From an uncultured Sulfuricella sp. (GTDB lineage: Bacteria; Pseudomonadota; Gammaproteobacteria; Burkholderiales; Sulfuricellaceae), in the NCBI GenBank assembly GCA_947085875.1, contig CAMTYG010000024.1:6148-70147 (forward strand): DNA of 64,000 bases, written 5' to 3'. A model generated the notes under the pieces. The model was not told the origin of the DNA. It ran no database searches and saw nothing but the letters and a program-made list of their open reading frames with translations. Shown piece by piece: positions 30,045 to 41,400 of the stretch. Position 1 is the stretch's first letter. The number at the start of each line of letters is the position of its first letter. The position numbers and the translations under genes were made by a program.

Positions 30045-33000
30045 TGAAAATCCTCGCAATACGCGGCAAGAACCTAGCCTCGCTGGCTGGCGAGTTCGAC
30101 ATCCCTTTTCATCAAGAGCCCCTTGCATCCGCCGGATTGTTTGCGATCAGCGGGCCCACTGGCGCTGGCAAAAGCACTTTGCTTGATGCACTGTGCCTCG
30201 CACTGTATGACGACACTCCGCGCCTGTTGAAGGCCGGTAGCACAGGCACTAAATTGCCAGACGTGCCTGGCGAAACAGTCACTCCGCATGATACCCGCAC
30301 CTTGTTGCGGCGCGGGGCTACTGAGGGCTATGCCGAAGTGGATTTTGTCGGCAATGATGGGAATGCTTACCGGGCCCGCTGGAGCGTGCGGCGTTCCAGA
30401 GTCAAGATTGATGGCAAGCTTCAAGGCATATTAATGACATTAAAGAGCCTTCCTGAAGAGCAGCCAATCGGAGGGAGCAACAAGGGGGAAGTAAAAGCCG
30501 AGATTGAGCAACGAATCGGGCTAAGTTTTGAGCAATTTACCCGCTCTGTATTGCTGGCGCAAAACGAATTTTCGACGTTTCTAAAAGCAGACGACAACGA
30601 ACGGGGCGAACTGCTAGAAACCCTAACTGGCATAGTCATCTACACCGCTATTTCCAGGCGCGCTTTTGAGCGTGAAAAAGTCGAGAAAGCTGCATTGACT
30701 CGGCTAAATGATCGTCTTGCCGACCAGAAACCGTTAAATCAGGAAGCGCGTGCGCAACTCGAGCAGGACAGTAAGCAAGCCAATGAGGTGCAAGACACAC
30801 TGGAGCTACGCAAGAAAAATCTCGACGAGCATCTGCGCTGGCATGAAAGTTTGGGTAAAGCTCAACAAAGCGAACAACTGGCGCTGGAAGAATGGGGAAA
30901 ATTGCTTGCCGCGAAGCAAGCTGCTGCCCCACGTCAGGAAGATTTTTACCGCATCGAATCAGTACAGGAAGCACGTTCTTTGCTGGGTGAATGCGAGCGC
31001 ATCAATGCGGACATGGCACGTAGTCAGCTTGCCATAAGCAACAGCGAGGCTGATCTAGGCCAAGCATTACTGGCGCTTCAAGCGGCAAAGGAATCGCACG
31101 AAATATTTCGTCAGGAATTGCATGATGCGGAGCAGCGACAAACCGCTGCAGCCCCTGATCTCGATCAGGCAAAGGTTCTCGATACTCAACTTGAAACCAT
31201 CACGCCGCACCACCATCAAACGAGTCGAATGCAGGATGAAGCTCGTGCTGCTGCTGCCATTGCCCAGCAGGCGCTTCAGGACAATGAGCAGCAACGTACA
31301 TTCGCACAGAAAGAACAGAAAGAAACGGACGAATGGCTGAAGCAACATGCCGAACTTAAAGTTCTCGCCGAGAGTTGGCCGCGCTGGGATACGCTGTTTA
31401 AACAAGCATCACAACTTGCTCAAGATCAAGCCCAATTCAATGCTGAGTTATCAACTGCACAACAGAGTGAAGCGCTGCTGGTTAAAGCCGAGGTTGCGGC
31501 AAATGACGCACTCAGTGTGACTGTGCAAGCCATGAGCTTGGCTGAAACCAATCGCACAGTATTACAGGGAAAGCTGAATGAATTCGATGTGCCTGTACGG
31601 CTTGTGCGCAAGCAAACCACCGAACTCAGACGCGACTTGCTTATCTCAGCCGAACAGCGGTGGCGCGAGCTGGAGAATGACCTGTCCGAACAATCGCGGC
31701 TGAATGGTGAAACCAAACAATTGCAAGATGCCATTGGGCAGGCAGATTCTGCGCTGAGTCTGTTACAAGAACGCACACCCAGCTCGAACGCCGAACTTGC
31801 ACAGGCGGAACGTTCGCTCAGAATCGCTGAGGCGGCTTGCGCCAAGGAAGTCGAATCATTGCGTGCCACACTCGAAGAAAATGAAGCGTGCCCGGTGTGC
31901 GGTGCTCTGGATCATCCGTACCGCAGTGACAATCCGCAACTGCATGCCATGCTGGACAGCCTGCGGGCCGAAGTGTCACTCTGTCGTGAGCGCGTGCATC
32001 AGTTACAGCAGAAGCATACTACGCATAGCACGAGGGCCATCGACAGCCGCAGCCAATTGGATAACATTGCGCAGCAATTACTAAAGCTGGAAGAGAGCAT
32101 CCAAGCTCGTCAATCTGCATGGGGATCCCACACCCTTGCCAGTGAACTTGGGGACATTGAAGCTAATGAGAGAGCAGGCTGGTTTATCGCCCAAAATCAG
32201 GCCGTTATTGCGCTGATACAAGCCATCGCCGATGAAGAGCAAGCCGAGCGAGATGCCGGATTTGCTAGAGACCAAGCCCAAGCCGAATATGATACAGCGA
32301 CAAAACAACACGCAGCCTGTAAAGACGCTGTAACGGCTGCGCAAGCTGCGATGGTAAAAGCACGTTCCGAGCATAGTGTCAGAGTGCAAAAACTGACCGA
32401 TGCCGCGCATCGGCTAGATACTACTCTTGATGAGCTTGATGCCGCCTTTGATAATCACGACTGGATGGAGGTATGGCGTAATGCACCAGAATCCTTCCAT
32501 GCCATGCGCAAAATCGACATTGACCAATGGCAAGCACAAAGCAAATCGCGGGAAGAACACCAAGTTAAACTTGGCAAGCTGGATGATGCCCACGCAGTTA
32601 TGCAGGATGCGCTAGCCAAGGCTAGCGAGGAAACCAGTCGTAAGGAAGCTTCATATACAGCCAGCGCCGCCAACATCGAAAAAATACAAACTACCCGCAG
32701 TGCCCTGTTTGGTGGCAAAGCAACCAGCCAGATTCAGGCCGAACTCAGCGGCGCAATTACATCAGCGAAAAGCAAGTTCGCCGAGCAGGTTGAATTGATG
32801 CAGCAATGCACCAATGGCCAGACTCGCCATCAAGAAGCGCGCGATCAGGCAAGTAAGCGCCTTGCAGAACAAATGCAATATGCCGAAACTGCTGCCGCAA
32901 CACTGGCAACCTGGCTCAACAAATTTAACTGCAACAACGCTTCCACGCCCATCGATACCGAACAACTGCACATACTACTCGCACACACAGTTGAATGGAT

Positions 33001-33778
33001 TAGCGACGAACGCAAGCAACTGCAATCCATCGAGTCCACACTTCAGAAGGGCGCAACCGTACTGCAAGAACGTCAGCAGCAAAGGGAGAAGCATGAACAG
33101 AATCGACCAACAGCAGATAGTGCTGAGGTCGTGAAAGCGGCGTTAACCCTGCTCGAAGATGAGCGGCAAACAGCCCAAGCTCGAGCCACCGCGCTACAAC
33201 TCGATATTGCCCAAGATCAGACACGCAGAGAGCAATCGGCATCCATGCTGACAGACATCGAAAAGCAAGAAGCTATACACCGGCTATGGGCGCAATTAAG
33301 CGAGATGATAGGCTCGCACGATGGCAAAAAATTCCGCAACTACTCTCAACAATTCACCCTCGATGTGCTGTTAGGCTATGCCAACCAACATCTGGCAGAG
33401 CTATCTCGCCGCTACCGCCTAGAGCGCATAAAGGACTCGCTGGCACTGATGGTGGTCGATCAGGATATGGGAGACGAACTGCGCTCGGTGCATTCGCTCT
33501 CAGGTGGTGAATCATTTTTGGTATCGCTGGCACTTGCGCTGGGGCTGGCATCGCTGTCGTCGAACCGTGTTCGCGTCGAATCGCTGTTCATCGACGAAGG
33601 CTTCGGCAGTCTGGACCCCGAAACCCTGTCTATCGCTATGGACGCGCTGGATGGCTTGCAATCTATGGGACGAAAAGTCGGCGTCATCTCGCATGTGCAG
33701 GAAATGACGGAACGGATATCGACCAGGATTTTGGTGCAGCGGATGGCAGGGGGGATGAGCCAGGTGGTTATTGCTTAG
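30044..33778 (+). CDS. sbcC: SbcC/Rad50-type SMC ATPase
   Basis: GPTGAGKS, long coiled coil, CPVC zinc hook, LSGGE, FIDEGFG. Confidence 0.93.
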   Translation: MKILAIRGKNLASLAGEFDIPFHQEPLASAGLFAISGPTGAGKSTLLDALCLALYDDTPRLLKAGSTGTKLPDVPGETVTPHDTRTLLRRGATEGYAEVDFVGNDGNAYRARWSVRRSRVKIDGKLQGILMTLKSLPEEQPIGGSNKGEVKAEIEQRIGLSFEQFTRSVLLAQNEFSTFLKADDNERGELLETLTGIVIYTAISRRAFEREKVEKAALTRLNDRLADQKPLNQEARAQLEQDSKQANEVQDTLELRKKNLDEHLRWHESLGKAQQSEQLALEEWGKLLAAKQAAAPRQEDFYRIESVQEARSLLGECERINADMARSQLAISNSEADLGQALLALQAAKESHEIFRQELHDAEQRQTAAAPDLDQAKVLDTQLETITPHHHQTSRMQDEARAAAAIAQQALQDNEQQRTFAQKEQKETDEWLKQHAELKVLAESWPRWDTLFKQASQLAQDQAQFNAELSTAQQSEALLVKAEVAANDALSVTVQAMSLAETNRTVLQGKLNEFDVPVRLVRKQTTELRRDLLISAEQRWRELENDLSEQSRLNGETKQLQDAIGQADSALSLLQERTPSSNAELAQAERSLRIAEAACAKEVESLRATLEENEACPVCGALDHPYRSDNPQLHAMLDSLRAEVSLCRERVHQLQQKHTTHSTRAIDSRSQLDNIAQQLLKLEESIQARQSAWGSHTLASELGDIEANERAGWFIAQNQAVIALIQAIADEEQAERDAGFARDQAQAEYDTATKQHAACKDAVTAAQAAMVKARSEHSVRVQKLTDAAHRLDTTLDELDAAFDNHDWMEVWRNAPESFHAMRKIDIDQWQAQSKSREEHQVKLGKLDDAHAVMQDALAKASEETSRKEASYTASAANIEKIQTTRSALFGGKATSQIQAELSGAITSAKSKFAEQVELMQQCTNGQTRHQEARDQASKRLAEQMQYAETAAATLATWLNKFNCNNASTPIDTEQLHILLAHTVEWISDERKQLQSIESTLQKGATVLQERQQQREKHEQNRPTADSAEVVKAALTLLEDERQTAQARATALQLDIAQDQTRREQSASMLTDIEKQEAIHRLWAQLSEMIGSHDGKKFRNYSQQFTLDVLLGYANQHLAELSRRYRLERIKDSLALMVVDQDMGDELRSVHSLSGGESFLVSLALALGLASLSSNRVRVESLFIDEGFGSLDPETLSIAMDALDGLQSMGRKVGVISHVQEMTERISTRILVQRMAGGMSQVVIA

Positions 33779-33839
33779 TCGGCATTGATATGGCGAGAGT
33801 AACCAACTTATTAAGAAATACGCCTGAACAAGCTCGGGG

Positions 33840-33868
33840 TTGTCCGTAGTGTAAAATAATGCTACGCT
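33840..33868 (+). promoter_or_regulatory. Putative sigma70 promoter with overlapping palindrome upstream of HTH-pglW
   Basis: TTGTCC-17 bp-TACGCT with TGn extension; CGTAG-N12-CTACG inverted repeat. Confidence 0.35.
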
Positions 33869-33903
33869 GCGCAACACCCTTAACTGGCGATTCAGTAAAA
33901 AAC

Positions 33904-34125
33904 ATGATTTGCTGTCACCTGTCCACCCTCATGGGGCGCGATAAACTTCGTATCTCTGATGTTGCTCAAAGGACTGGGCTGAACCGCAGCACCATCACAG
34001 CCCTTTACAACGAGACCGCAACGCGAGTTGATCTTTCTGCCATTGAAAGTCTGTGCAATCTTTTTCAGTGCCAGGTTGGAGAGTTGCTTGAAATCGTCCC
34101 AGATAAACATGAGGTTCAACCATGA
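33904..34125 (+). CDS. Xre/Cro-family HTH regulator
   Basis: ISDVAQRTGLNRSTITALY...LCNLFQCQVGELL; stop overlaps the pglW start. Confidence 0.85.
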   Translation: MICCHLSTLMGRDKLRISDVAQRTGLNRSTITALYNETATRVDLSAIESLCNLFQCQVGELLEIVPDKHEVQP

Positions 34126-37100
34126 GCATGGGCGGCAACCGCTGGCATGTCATCGCCGAGTCCAACTTCCCGTGGGAACGTGAAGCTCTGGAATGGTTGC
34201 GCGCCCAACTGCCTGACCGCGACCCCTGGAACGTCTGGACGAATTTTGAATTCATTGATGATGAAGGCAAGATCAGCGAGGTCGATGCCTTAGTTCTGTC
34301 ATCGGCGGGCCTGTTCCTGGTCGAAATCAAAAGCCGGCCCGGAACTGTTGATGGCGACGCGCACACTTGGACGTGGACCACGGACGGTCGTGATTACACT
34401 TACGACAACCCCCTGTTACTGGCAAACCGTAAAGCCAAGCGCCTGGCTGGCCTGTTGCGCCGTCAGTCAGCCATTATCAAAGCCAAGATCCGCCTGCCGT
34501 TTGTTGAACCTGCGATCTTTCTCTCATCCACCACCCTTAAAAGTCGCCTGCAAGGCACAGCCAAAACCGCAACCTTCCTGCGTGGACAGCCCGGGGCTCT
34601 GAGCGACGACGGCATCATTGGCGCGCTCACCAATGGCATTAATACCAACCAGGTCCGCGCCGTGGATGGCCAGCAAGCACGCGCCATCGCACGTGGGCTG
34701 GCAGAGGCTGGCATCCGGCCCTCGAACAAGCACAGGCAGGTTGGTGATTACAAGCTCATCAAGCTGATTGCCGAAGGTGAGGGTTTCCAGGATTGGCAAA
34801 GCCAGCATGTCAGCATTGAAAGCGTTCAACGTCGAGTTCGCATCTACACCGTAGCCAATGCCTCCAGCCCCGAAGCTCGTGCCACCCGGGTTCGCCAGGC
34901 ACGCCGCGAGTTTGAGGTCCTGGAGGGCATCAGCCACCCGGGTATTCTCAAGGTTAATGATTACAAAGAGACCGAGATGGGCCCGGCGCTCGTGTTTGAT
35001 CACGACCCCAAGGCTCAGCGGCTAGATCACTTATTGCGTGATCGTGGAGCACAACTCACGGTCACCCAAAGATTACAATTGGTGCGTGATATTGCCGAGA
35101 CATTGAAGTACGCCCACTCCAAGCGCCTGTACCACCGCGCATTGGGGCCGCAAAGCATCATGATTCACACAGCGGAGCCCGGTGGGGCGCTAGCACCCCG
35201 GCTGATGAACTGGCAAACCGCTGCGCGCGAGTCCAACAATCCTGACACCATGCACCGCACCACCGGCACGCGCCATGTTGAGGATTACGTCGAAGATCCC
35301 GGTTTGGTGTACCTGGCGCCTGAAACCACTCACGCCGACGCCACTCATGGCCCGAGTCTGGACGTGTTCTCCCTGGGTGCTATTGCCTACCACGTGTTCT
35401 CTGGCCAGCCACCCGCTGGTTCCGTCCTTGAGCTTGCAGAGAAGCTGCGTCAGGGGCAAGGCTTGCGTCTGTCCGATGTCATGGACGGTTGTGGCATGCG
35501 CCTTCAGGAGTTGATTCAGTACGCCACCAGCCCCGACGTAATGGCTCGTTACGACACGGTAGGGGGCTTTTTGGATGATTTGGTGAAGGTGGAAGACGAA
35601 CTCACCGCACCCGACCCAGAAACCACCGTAGACCCCAGCATCGCCGGCCACGAAGACCGACTCGATGGCGGCTTCACCGTGGTCAAGCGGATGGGGCGTG
35701 GCTCGTCGAGCGATGTTCTTCTGGTACGTGAAGATGGTTCGCAAGAAGAGCTGATCCTCAAAGTTGCCTGTGATCTGGCACACAACGGCCACCTGATGGC
35801 TGAGGGAGAAGTGCTCGCTGGCCTGCGCCACCAAAACATTGTGGAATACCGTCGCACCCTCACGGTGGGCGGACGCACTGCCTTGCTGATGCGCAGCGCA
35901 GGTCCGAAGACCCTTGCAGGAAAGATTAAGGAAGACGGCCGCCTGTCGCTCGACCTGCTCCAGCGCTTTGGTGAGGAACTGATCGAAGTCGTGAACTACC
36001 TCGAAGACCATGGGGTTGCCCACCGTGATCTCAAACCCGAAAACATCGGCATTCGCAATACCAGCTCGGGCAAGTTGCAACTGGTGCTATTCGATTTTTC
36101 CTTGTGTCGCACGCCAGCAGACAACATCACCGCTGGTACGCACCCTTACCTTGACCCTTTCCTGAGCCTGCGCTGCCCACCCCGCTGGGATCTTTACGCC
36201 GAGCGCTTTGCCCTGGCCGTCACCTTGTACGAGATGGCCATTGGCAAGCCGCCCATATGGGGCGATGATCAAACCTCACCGGCCATGCTTGACGTGGAAG
36301 CGACCATCGCGAGCGACGTGTTTGACCCTGTCACGCGCGAAGGCTTCACGGCGTTTTTTTCCAAAGCACTGCGGCGTGATTTCAAAGAGCGCTTTGACAA
36401 CGCAGAAGAAATGCTCCGCGCCTGGCGCGCCATCTTTGCCTCCAGGCAAACCGTGCACCCAACTCAAGCCGAAGGCTTTGACGCCATAGCGCTTACTGCC
36501 ACACCGACCACCACCATGGCCGAGTTAGGTTACACACTCGAGGCGCAAGACGTTTTGGAACGTATGGGCGTCCACAACGCGCGCGAACTTCTCGCGGTTG
36601 ATCGTGTTCGTTTTCGTTACCTCAAGGGCGTTGGCGATAAGATCCGAAAAGAAATCAGGCTTACCGCCAAAGAGCTGGCACGGCTGCGGCCTGACCTCCT
36701 GCAAGGACGAACCACGCTGCACGATTCCGATGAAGACCCATCTTCCAATGGTGCGGTGAGCGTCAACGAGTTGGCTGCCCAACTCCTGCCTCGCCGGCCC
36801 GCCGGCGACGACCGCCCTGAAGAAGCCGCATTGGCACATTACCTCGGACTCGACTCGGGCCTGGACGATGTGGCCAAGCCATCTGACCAATCAAGACAAA
36901 CTGGCCAATGGCCGACCTTGGGTGAATCTGCCCAAGCCGCCGGCGTAGATCGCAGCACATTGACCGCCGCTGTGATCAAGGCCCGCGAGCGTTGGCTGAA
37001 AAATCCAGCCTTCACCGAAGTTCGCCTGCAACTAGACAAGCTTGTAAACAGCCAGGGTCAGGTGATGACCGCCAATGAAGCCGCATTGGCCCTGCTGGCC

Positions 37101-38411
37101 CTGCGCGGTTGCGCCGTGCAAGACGACGCCGAACGCTTGCAGCTCTCCAGCGCGGTGTTGCGCGCCGCCTTGGAGGCCGAGTCCCACCTCGACCAGCCAC
37201 GCTTTGAATGCTTTGACCACCAACCTTCACCCTTGATCGCGACCAGCTCGGCATGGGCCGATTACGCCCGTCAACTGGGCAACGTGGCAGACACATGCGC
37301 GCTGGCAGAGCCGCTGCTTCCACCCTCTCGTGCACTAGAAGCCCTTGAAGCGATCAAATCAGTTGGCATCACGGTTGGCGGCGGGCAGGATCAAGATGCT
37401 GCGTCGTCCCTCATGGCTGGCACCCGGCTACTGCGATTGGCCACATCGGCATCCCGCAAAGCGGCTTTGTCCAGCCGACAAGAAATCTACAGCCATGGCA
37501 TGCCCGCCTTGCAAGCGCTACGCCAATCCATGGGCGCGCTCGTGGGCGCACCCATGCTGCGCCCACGAGAACTGCAAGACCGGGTGCGGGGCCGATACCC
37601 CGAGGCCATGCCCTTGCCCGGACGGCCTGAACTGGACCGTTTACTTGAAGAGGTCGGGGCGCCCCTGCAATGGAGTCCTACCGCGGCCGATGGCGCAGGC
37701 GCCTACTTGTGCGCATCTTTGGGCAGCAACCTCACCGCTGGCACAACGACTTTGTATTCGAGGCAATCCACCTTACTGGGGGCCGTTTCGTCTGGCACAC
37801 CAGTCGGCTCAACCAGCGACGCGGTCATTGCCGACGCACAAGGTGCCGAAGATCGGCTGCAACATTCCATCAACTCGGGCGGACTGCTGGTTTTGACTGT
37901 TGATCCCCTCCAGGCGCGCCATGCCGAGGCTGAATTGCTGCGCCGCTTCGGCCCAGATTCCGAAACCGATCCAGCGCTCCAGCGGTTGAGCTTCGATTCC
38001 CTGCTGCTCAAAGCGCTGCGTATTGAGGCCACCTCCGCCCGTGTGGAATGGAACACCGTGCTACATGCTGACGCCGCTGATCCCGGCAGCCGCGATTGGA
38101 TCAACCTGCAACGACTGGTGCAACGTACCCTCTCCACGCTCAAACCACTCCTTTTAAACAGCCCTGTCCCGCTGTTGCTGGTCAACGTTGGCCTTCTTGC
38201 TCGTTACGACCTCATGGCGCTGGTCACCGATATTGAGACCTCAGCCGGTCGCCCCGACCACACCCCTTCCTTGTGGTTACTGCTGCCCTCGCACAAGCAG
38301 GGTCTGCCTGTCATCGATGGGGTGGCCGTGCCTCTGGTCAATAGCACTCAAGCTTTTGCCCTGCCGCAAGCCTGGGTTGAAAACAAACACCGCGCTGCGG
38401 CTCTGGCCTGA
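34122..38411 (+). CDS. pglW: BREX type 2 Ser/Thr kinase PglW (NERD + two kinase-like domains)
   Basis: NERD EVDALV/LVEIKS; degenerate kinase HRALGPQS; kinase HRDLKPEN/DFS; KGVGDKIRKEI. Confidence 0.92.
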   Translation: MSMGGNRWHVIAESNFPWEREALEWLRAQLPDRDPWNVWTNFEFIDDEGKISEVDALVLSSAGLFLVEIKSRPGTVDGDAHTWTWTTDGRDYTYDNPLLLANRKAKRLAGLLRRQSAIIKAKIRLPFVEPAIFLSSTTLKSRLQGTAKTATFLRGQPGALSDDGIIGALTNGINTNQVRAVDGQQARAIARGLAEAGIRPSNKHRQVGDYKLIKLIAEGEGFQDWQSQHVSIESVQRRVRIYTVANASSPEARATRVRQARREFEVLEGISHPGILKVNDYKETEMGPALVFDHDPKAQRLDHLLRDRGAQLTVTQRLQLVRDIAETLKYAHSKRLYHRALGPQSIMIHTAEPGGALAPRLMNWQTAARESNNPDTMHRTTGTRHVEDYVEDPGLVYLAPETTHADATHGPSLDVFSLGAIAYHVFSGQPPAGSVLELAEKLRQGQGLRLSDVMDGCGMRLQELIQYATSPDVMARYDTVGGFLDDLVKVEDELTAPDPETTVDPSIAGHEDRLDGGFTVVKRMGRGSSSDVLLVREDGSQEELILKVACDLAHNGHLMAEGEVLAGLRHQNIVEYRRTLTVGGRTALLMRSAGPKTLAGKIKEDGRLSLDLLQRFGEELIEVVNYLEDHGVAHRDLKPENIGIRNTSSGKLQLVLFDFSLCRTPADNITAGTHPYLDPFLSLRCPPRWDLYAERFALAVTLYEMAIGKPPIWGDDQTSPAMLDVEATIASDVFDPVTREGFTAFFSKALRRDFKERFDNAEEMLRAWRAIFASRQTVHPTQAEGFDAIALTATPTTTMAELGYTLEAQDVLERMGVHNARELLAVDRVRFRYLKGVGDKIRKEIRLTAKELARLRPDLLQGRTTLHDSDEDPSSNGAVSVNELAAQLLPRRPAGDDRPEEAALAHYLGLDSGLDDVAKPSDQSRQTGQWPTLGESAQAAGVDRSTLTAAVIKARERWLKNPAFTEVRLQLDKLVNSQGQVMTANEAALALLALRGCAVQDDAERLQLSSAVLRAALEAESHLDQPRFECFDHQPSPLIATSSAWADYARQLGNVADTCALAEPLLPPSRALEALEAIKSVGITVGGGQDQDAASSLMAGTRLLRLATSASRKAALSSRQEIYSHGMPALQALRQSMGALVGAPMLRPRELQDRVRGRYPEAMPLPGRPELDRLLEEVGAPLQWSPTAADGAGAYLCASLGSNLTAGTTTLYSRQSTLLGAVSSGTPVGSTSDAVIADAQGAEDRLQHSINSGGLLVLTVDPLQARHAEAELLRRFGPDSETDPALQRLSFDSLLLKALRIEATSARVEWNTVLHADAADPGSRDWINLQRLVQRTLSTLKPLLLNSPVPLLLVNVGLLARYDLMALVTDIETSAGRPDHTPSLWLLLPSHKQGLPVIDGVAVPLVNSTQAFALPQAWVENKHRAAALA

Positions 38412-38495
38412 TGTCCACATGAAACAGACATCCAACCCCCGTCCAAAAAGCGCCAGAAGCTATAAAAACAATAGCCATGCAGGGAATTTCAACAC

Positions 38496-41400
38496 ATGAT
38501 TAACGCCCCCCAGCTTCTGGCTGACCTCAAGCGCCGCCTCACGTTGCTAGATGATGACCTGCGTGAGCGCATCAACGATGTGCCTGAGCTCAAAACCAGC
38601 CTGCAAGGCGAATGGCAAGCCGCCCGCGAGGCTGACCGCACTGCCGAGACCTTCGAAAGCTGGGCCGACCAGGTCATCACCCAAGCCGGGGTGCATTGGC
38701 TGTTGAGCTGCGTGTTCTTGCGATTCATTGAAGACAACACTTTGGTTGACCGCCCATGGATCGGTGGCACCCCCGACAGTGGCCGCCTCAACTTGGCGCG
38801 TGACCGGCACGAAGCCTACTTTCGTGCCCACCAGCTGGAAAGTGACCGCGAATACTTGCTGGACTGTTTTCGTGAAGCAGGCAGATTACCCGGCCTGCAC
38901 ACCTTTTTCGACGAAACACATAACCCGGTTTTTCGGCTGGGAATCAGCGGCGATGCAGCCATGGCCCTGCGTAGTTTCTGGCAACAGCAAGACCCCAACA
39001 CGGGTGCGCTGTTGCACGACTTCACCGATACCACATGGAACACCCGCTTTCTCGGCGACTTGTACCAGGATTTATCGGAAGCCACTCGCAAACGTTACGC
39101 GCTATTGCAGACACCCGAGTTCGTCGAAGAATTCATCCTCGATCGCACGTTGACCCCGGCCATCCGCGAGTTTGGCTATAAAGAAGTTCGCATGATCGAT
39201 CCCACCTGCGGCTCGGGGCACTTTTTGCTGGGCGGATTTCATCGACTGGTGGACGAATGGTCGCACGCTGAACCGACCCGTAACCGGCGAGATGTGGCAC
39301 AGAAAGCATTGGATGCGGTGGCGGGGGTGGATCTCAATCCCTTCGCTGTTGCTATCTCGCGATTCAGGTTATTGGTTGCAGCACTCAAAGTGTGTGATGT
39401 CCACAAGTTAAGTGAAGCACCGGATTTCAAAATTCATGTCGCCATTGGCGATAGCTTGTTGCATGGGCCACGCTTCGGGCAAGGGCAACTTGAACTAGGG
39501 GGTGAGGCGGAAAACCTCGAACGAGGTGGATTGGCACATGCATTTAAAAGCGAAGACCTTACCGACATTAATCGTATCCTTAGTCAACGCTACCACGCCG
39601 TTGTTGGCAATCCTCCCTACATTACCGTCAAGGATTCAGCTCTTAGCACTGCTTATCGCAGCCGATACCGAAGCTGCCATCGGCAATATTCGCTTGGCGT
39701 ACCCTTTACTGAACGGTTCTTCGAGCTGGCTTTTCCCCCCTCTCCCGCAGGCGGGAGAGGGGCTGGGGGAGAGGGAGCGGGTTACGTTGGCATGATCACT
39801 GCTAACAGCTTCATGAAGGCCGAGTTCGGTAAGAAGTTGATTGAAGAGTTCTTGCCAACTGTTGATCTTACCCACGTAGTTGATGCTCGCCGGGCAAGTA
39901 TCCCCGGACACGACACTCCGACCGTCATCCTGTTTGGCCGTAACAGACCGCCGTTGATCTCGACGGTGCGCACAGTCATGGGTATCAAGGGCGAATCGTC
40001 TACACCGGCTGATCCGGCACAAGGCCTAGTTTGGCGTGCGATCGTCGATCAGGTTGATGTGGCCGACAGCGAATCGGATTTCGTTTCGGTGGCAGATACG
40101 CCGCGAGCGGCATTTGAGCATCATCCATGGAGCATAGGTGGGGGTGGAGCTTATGGCCTATTGGAGCTAATCAACGAATCATCTAATAAGCGGCTTGGTG
40201 AATTGACCTCTGCTATAGGACGAACGACGCATACCGGAGAGGATGGCGTATTCTTACTCCATGCTGATTGCATAAGGCGATTGAACTTAGAGGAAGTTGC
40301 CGTTCCGTTAGTGGAGGGTGAAGGTGTTCGTGATTACGTTGTAGAGTACAGCTTGTGGACACTTTTTCCTTATGACAAAGTCACAGCGACGATCAAAACA
40401 AGTTTTCCAGACTGCTTGTGGAGGTATTTATGGCGTTTTCGTCTCCTGCTTAAGCAGCGAAAAGATTACGGGAATTTTATTGAAGATCGTGGATTACAGT
40501 GGTTTGAGCATTCCATGTTTTTTGCCGAACGGTACCTCGTACCACTTGGAATCACCTTTCCAGTCGTTGCTACCCACAATCACTACGTTCTCGATAGGGG
40601 TGGTAAGGTATTCAAACAGACTGCACCACTCATTAAGCTGCCGTCGGGGGCAAGTGAGGCTGAACATCTCGGGCTTATGGGACTACTCAATTCCTCGGTC
40701 GCATGTTTCTGGATGAAGCAGGTATGCTTTCCTCGTGGTGGCGTAACCGGCGAACTTTGGGCTGAGCGACTAAATTACAACGCAACAACAATTGCAGAGT
40801 TTCCCCTCGTGAAAGCTCTGCCACTAGATTACGCTCAAACTCTCGACCGATTCGGTCAACAACTCAGCGCTACAAGTGCGGCTAAACTATTTCAGCATTT
40901 GTTGCCAACTCGTGCTTCCCTCGGCACCGCTCAATTCCAAAACCAATCACTGCGTCAACAAATGATTGCCATACAAGAAGAGCTAGACTGGCGCTGCTAC
41001 CAACTTTACAACCTAACTCAAACTGAACTTACACACCGCAACCCACCGGAAATTGTGCTTGGTGAACGCGCCTTCGAGATCGTGCTGGCTCGTCACATTG
41101 CTGCCGGTACGGAATCCACCACATGGTTTGAGCGCCACGGTTCAAAGCCCATCACTGAAATTCCGAATCACTGGCCCGAGGACTACCGCCACGTAGTGCA
41201 ACTCCGCATCAATCTTATCGAAAGTGACCGCAACATCAGCTTGATCGAACGCCCTGAGTACAAGCGTCGCTGGAACTCGCCCCAGTGGGAAACATTGGAA
41301 AAGATAGCCCTGCGTGATTGGCTGCTAGCCCGCCTAGAGTCTCCTCACTATTGGATTACCAGCGCCGACCAACCACCCCAGCTCACCTCCACCAGCCGTC

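Noticed and set aside
28806-33778. Wadjet/Lamassu SMC defence system
   Set aside because: The partner is an Mre11-type phosphoesterase and the ATPase has a zinc hook, which is SbcCD.
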